DNA of 63,698 nucleotides, filler included, from Octopus bimaculoides (Eukaryota), in NCBI RefSeq assembly GCF_001194135.2. It is 6 parts of 5 records of this genome, joined end to end, with 100 filler letters (N's around TTAATTAATTAA, not from the genome) between each part and the next. Parts side by side here need not be neighbours in the genome. Positions count along the whole stretch, not along the records: positions 61,267 to 63,698 come from NC_069002.1; 5 more parts are not named here. One strand, written 5' to 3'. Position numbers and translations under genes: made by a program. The notes under the pieces were generated by a model. The model did not search any database. It was not told the origin of the DNA and saw only the letters and a program-made list of their open reading frames with translations. This document shows, one piece after another, positions 62,395 through 63,698 of the stretch (position 1 is its first letter; every line of letters starts with the position of its first letter).

Positions 62395-62662
62395 TTGACC
62401 CCAGTACGTTTTTTTTCTAAAGTCTAGTACATATTCTGTTGGTCTCTTCTGCTGAACCACTAAGTTATGAGAATGTAAGCACAGCAATACAACTACAAAA
62501 ATACCCACACATATGATGGCTTCCTCAGCTTCCATTCACAAGGCCCTGGTTGGCCTGAGACCATAGTAGAAAACACCTACCCAAGGTGCTGCACAGTGGG
62601 ACTGAACCTGAAACCATATGATTGGGAAGCAACCGTCCTACCACACGATCACGACTGCACCC
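62395..62662 (-). mobile_element. SINE family B (diverged)
   Basis: CCCAAGGTGCTGCACAGTGGGACTGAACC head and GCTGAACCACTAAGTTA body. Confidence 0.78.
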
Positions 62663-63353
62663 ATATAAATATGCACACACACACATGTATATATGTATTT
62701 AAAATTGGAATTGTAATGATTTCCTACTTAGTGTCAAAAGTTATTTCGTACACTTGAGTTTATTCTTGATGTTTTGTATGGAGTTCCCCTCTTTTTAATT
62801 TCCTCATATATACTGGTCAATGATGTCCTTCAGAAGAATGTATGTCTTGTCTAAAAGTACTTGAAACACTGTGTGTTCGTGTGTCTGTATGTGTTTTGGT
62901 CGATGATACGTCTGGACTGTGTGTCTTCGTGATCAGTAAACACTTGGAAACAATACATGCTTGTATGTCTGTCTCCGTACATACAGGAATCTGTGCATGC
63001 GTGTGCGTGTGTGTGTGTGTGTATATGCGGATGAATATTTCCCTGTGTACATGTGAGTGTGTGTGCGAGCAGGTTTGTAAGACAGAGGAAATGGACAACA
63101 GCTTTTCCATTTTTCCAGGAATTCACATGCCAGTGCATCAAAGTGAAGTGGTTGTTATGCGATCTAAGAGATTCATGAGTGCGTGTAAATATAATTCTCT
63201 TAAAATGTTGAGGCAACACGCTGGCCATTCATCGCTAGAAATTAAAATAACACCCACATGTATACATACATATATGTGTATATGTACACACATACACACA
63301 TATATATGCATATATGTATGTATATATACATATACACACATGCGTATGTGTGA

Positions 63354-63409
<56 letters not shown>

Positions 63410-63411
<2 letters not shown>

Positions 63412-63698
63412 TTTACTCTTTTACTTGTTTCGGTCAGTTGACTGTGGCCATGCTGGAGCACCACCTTTAGTCGAGCAAATCAACCCCAGGACTTCTTCTT
63501 TGTAAGCCTAGTACTTATTCTATCAGTCTCTTTTTGCCGAACCGCTAAGTTACGGGGACGTAAACACACCAGCATCGGTTGTCAAATGATGGTGGGGGGG
63601 GGGCAAACACAGACACACAAACACATACATATATATATATATACATATACATATATACGACGGGCTACTTTCAGTTTCCGCCTACCAAATCCACTCAC
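63410..63698 (-). mobile_element. SINE family B, young copy, truncated by the window end
   Basis: Very similar to 26765-27060, including the internal microsatellite. Confidence 0.92.

Overview
This is eukaryotic, AT-rich, microsatellite-saturated draft-assembly DNA with many N gaps. The repeat complement (several tRNA-derived SINE families, R4/Dong- and RTE-like LINE relics, Penelope-like, Tc1/mariner, hAT and Helitron fragments) is most consistent with an octopod cephalopod, which is an inference. There is no CRISPR array, rRNA gene or convincing intact tRNA, and most ORF-track entries are microsatellite or gap artefacts. The main host feature, invisible in the ORF track, is a minus-strand four-exon gene (exons 33876-33786, 33317-33105, 28951-28868, 26494-26154; three phase-1 GT-AG introns). 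It encodes a 242-aa secreted protein: signal peptide, acidic pro-region, 6-Cys beta-rich core loosely resembling DUF4773 proteins, and a C-terminal tail. A paralogous first exon with promoter lies about 12 kb downstream (21887-21797). A homologue of the gene's 3' flank lies about 12 kb upstream (38289-38458). Together these suggest a tandem array of at least three diverging secreted-protein genes, with exon 1 diverged more than the adjacent intron. Other points of interest are three minimal hammerhead-ribozyme-like motifs (one canonical, one with an A6U core), a SINE with a built-in expanding microsatellite, a recurrent SINE dimer, SINE head/tail module swapping, and R4/Dong fragments abutting (TAA)n tracts.
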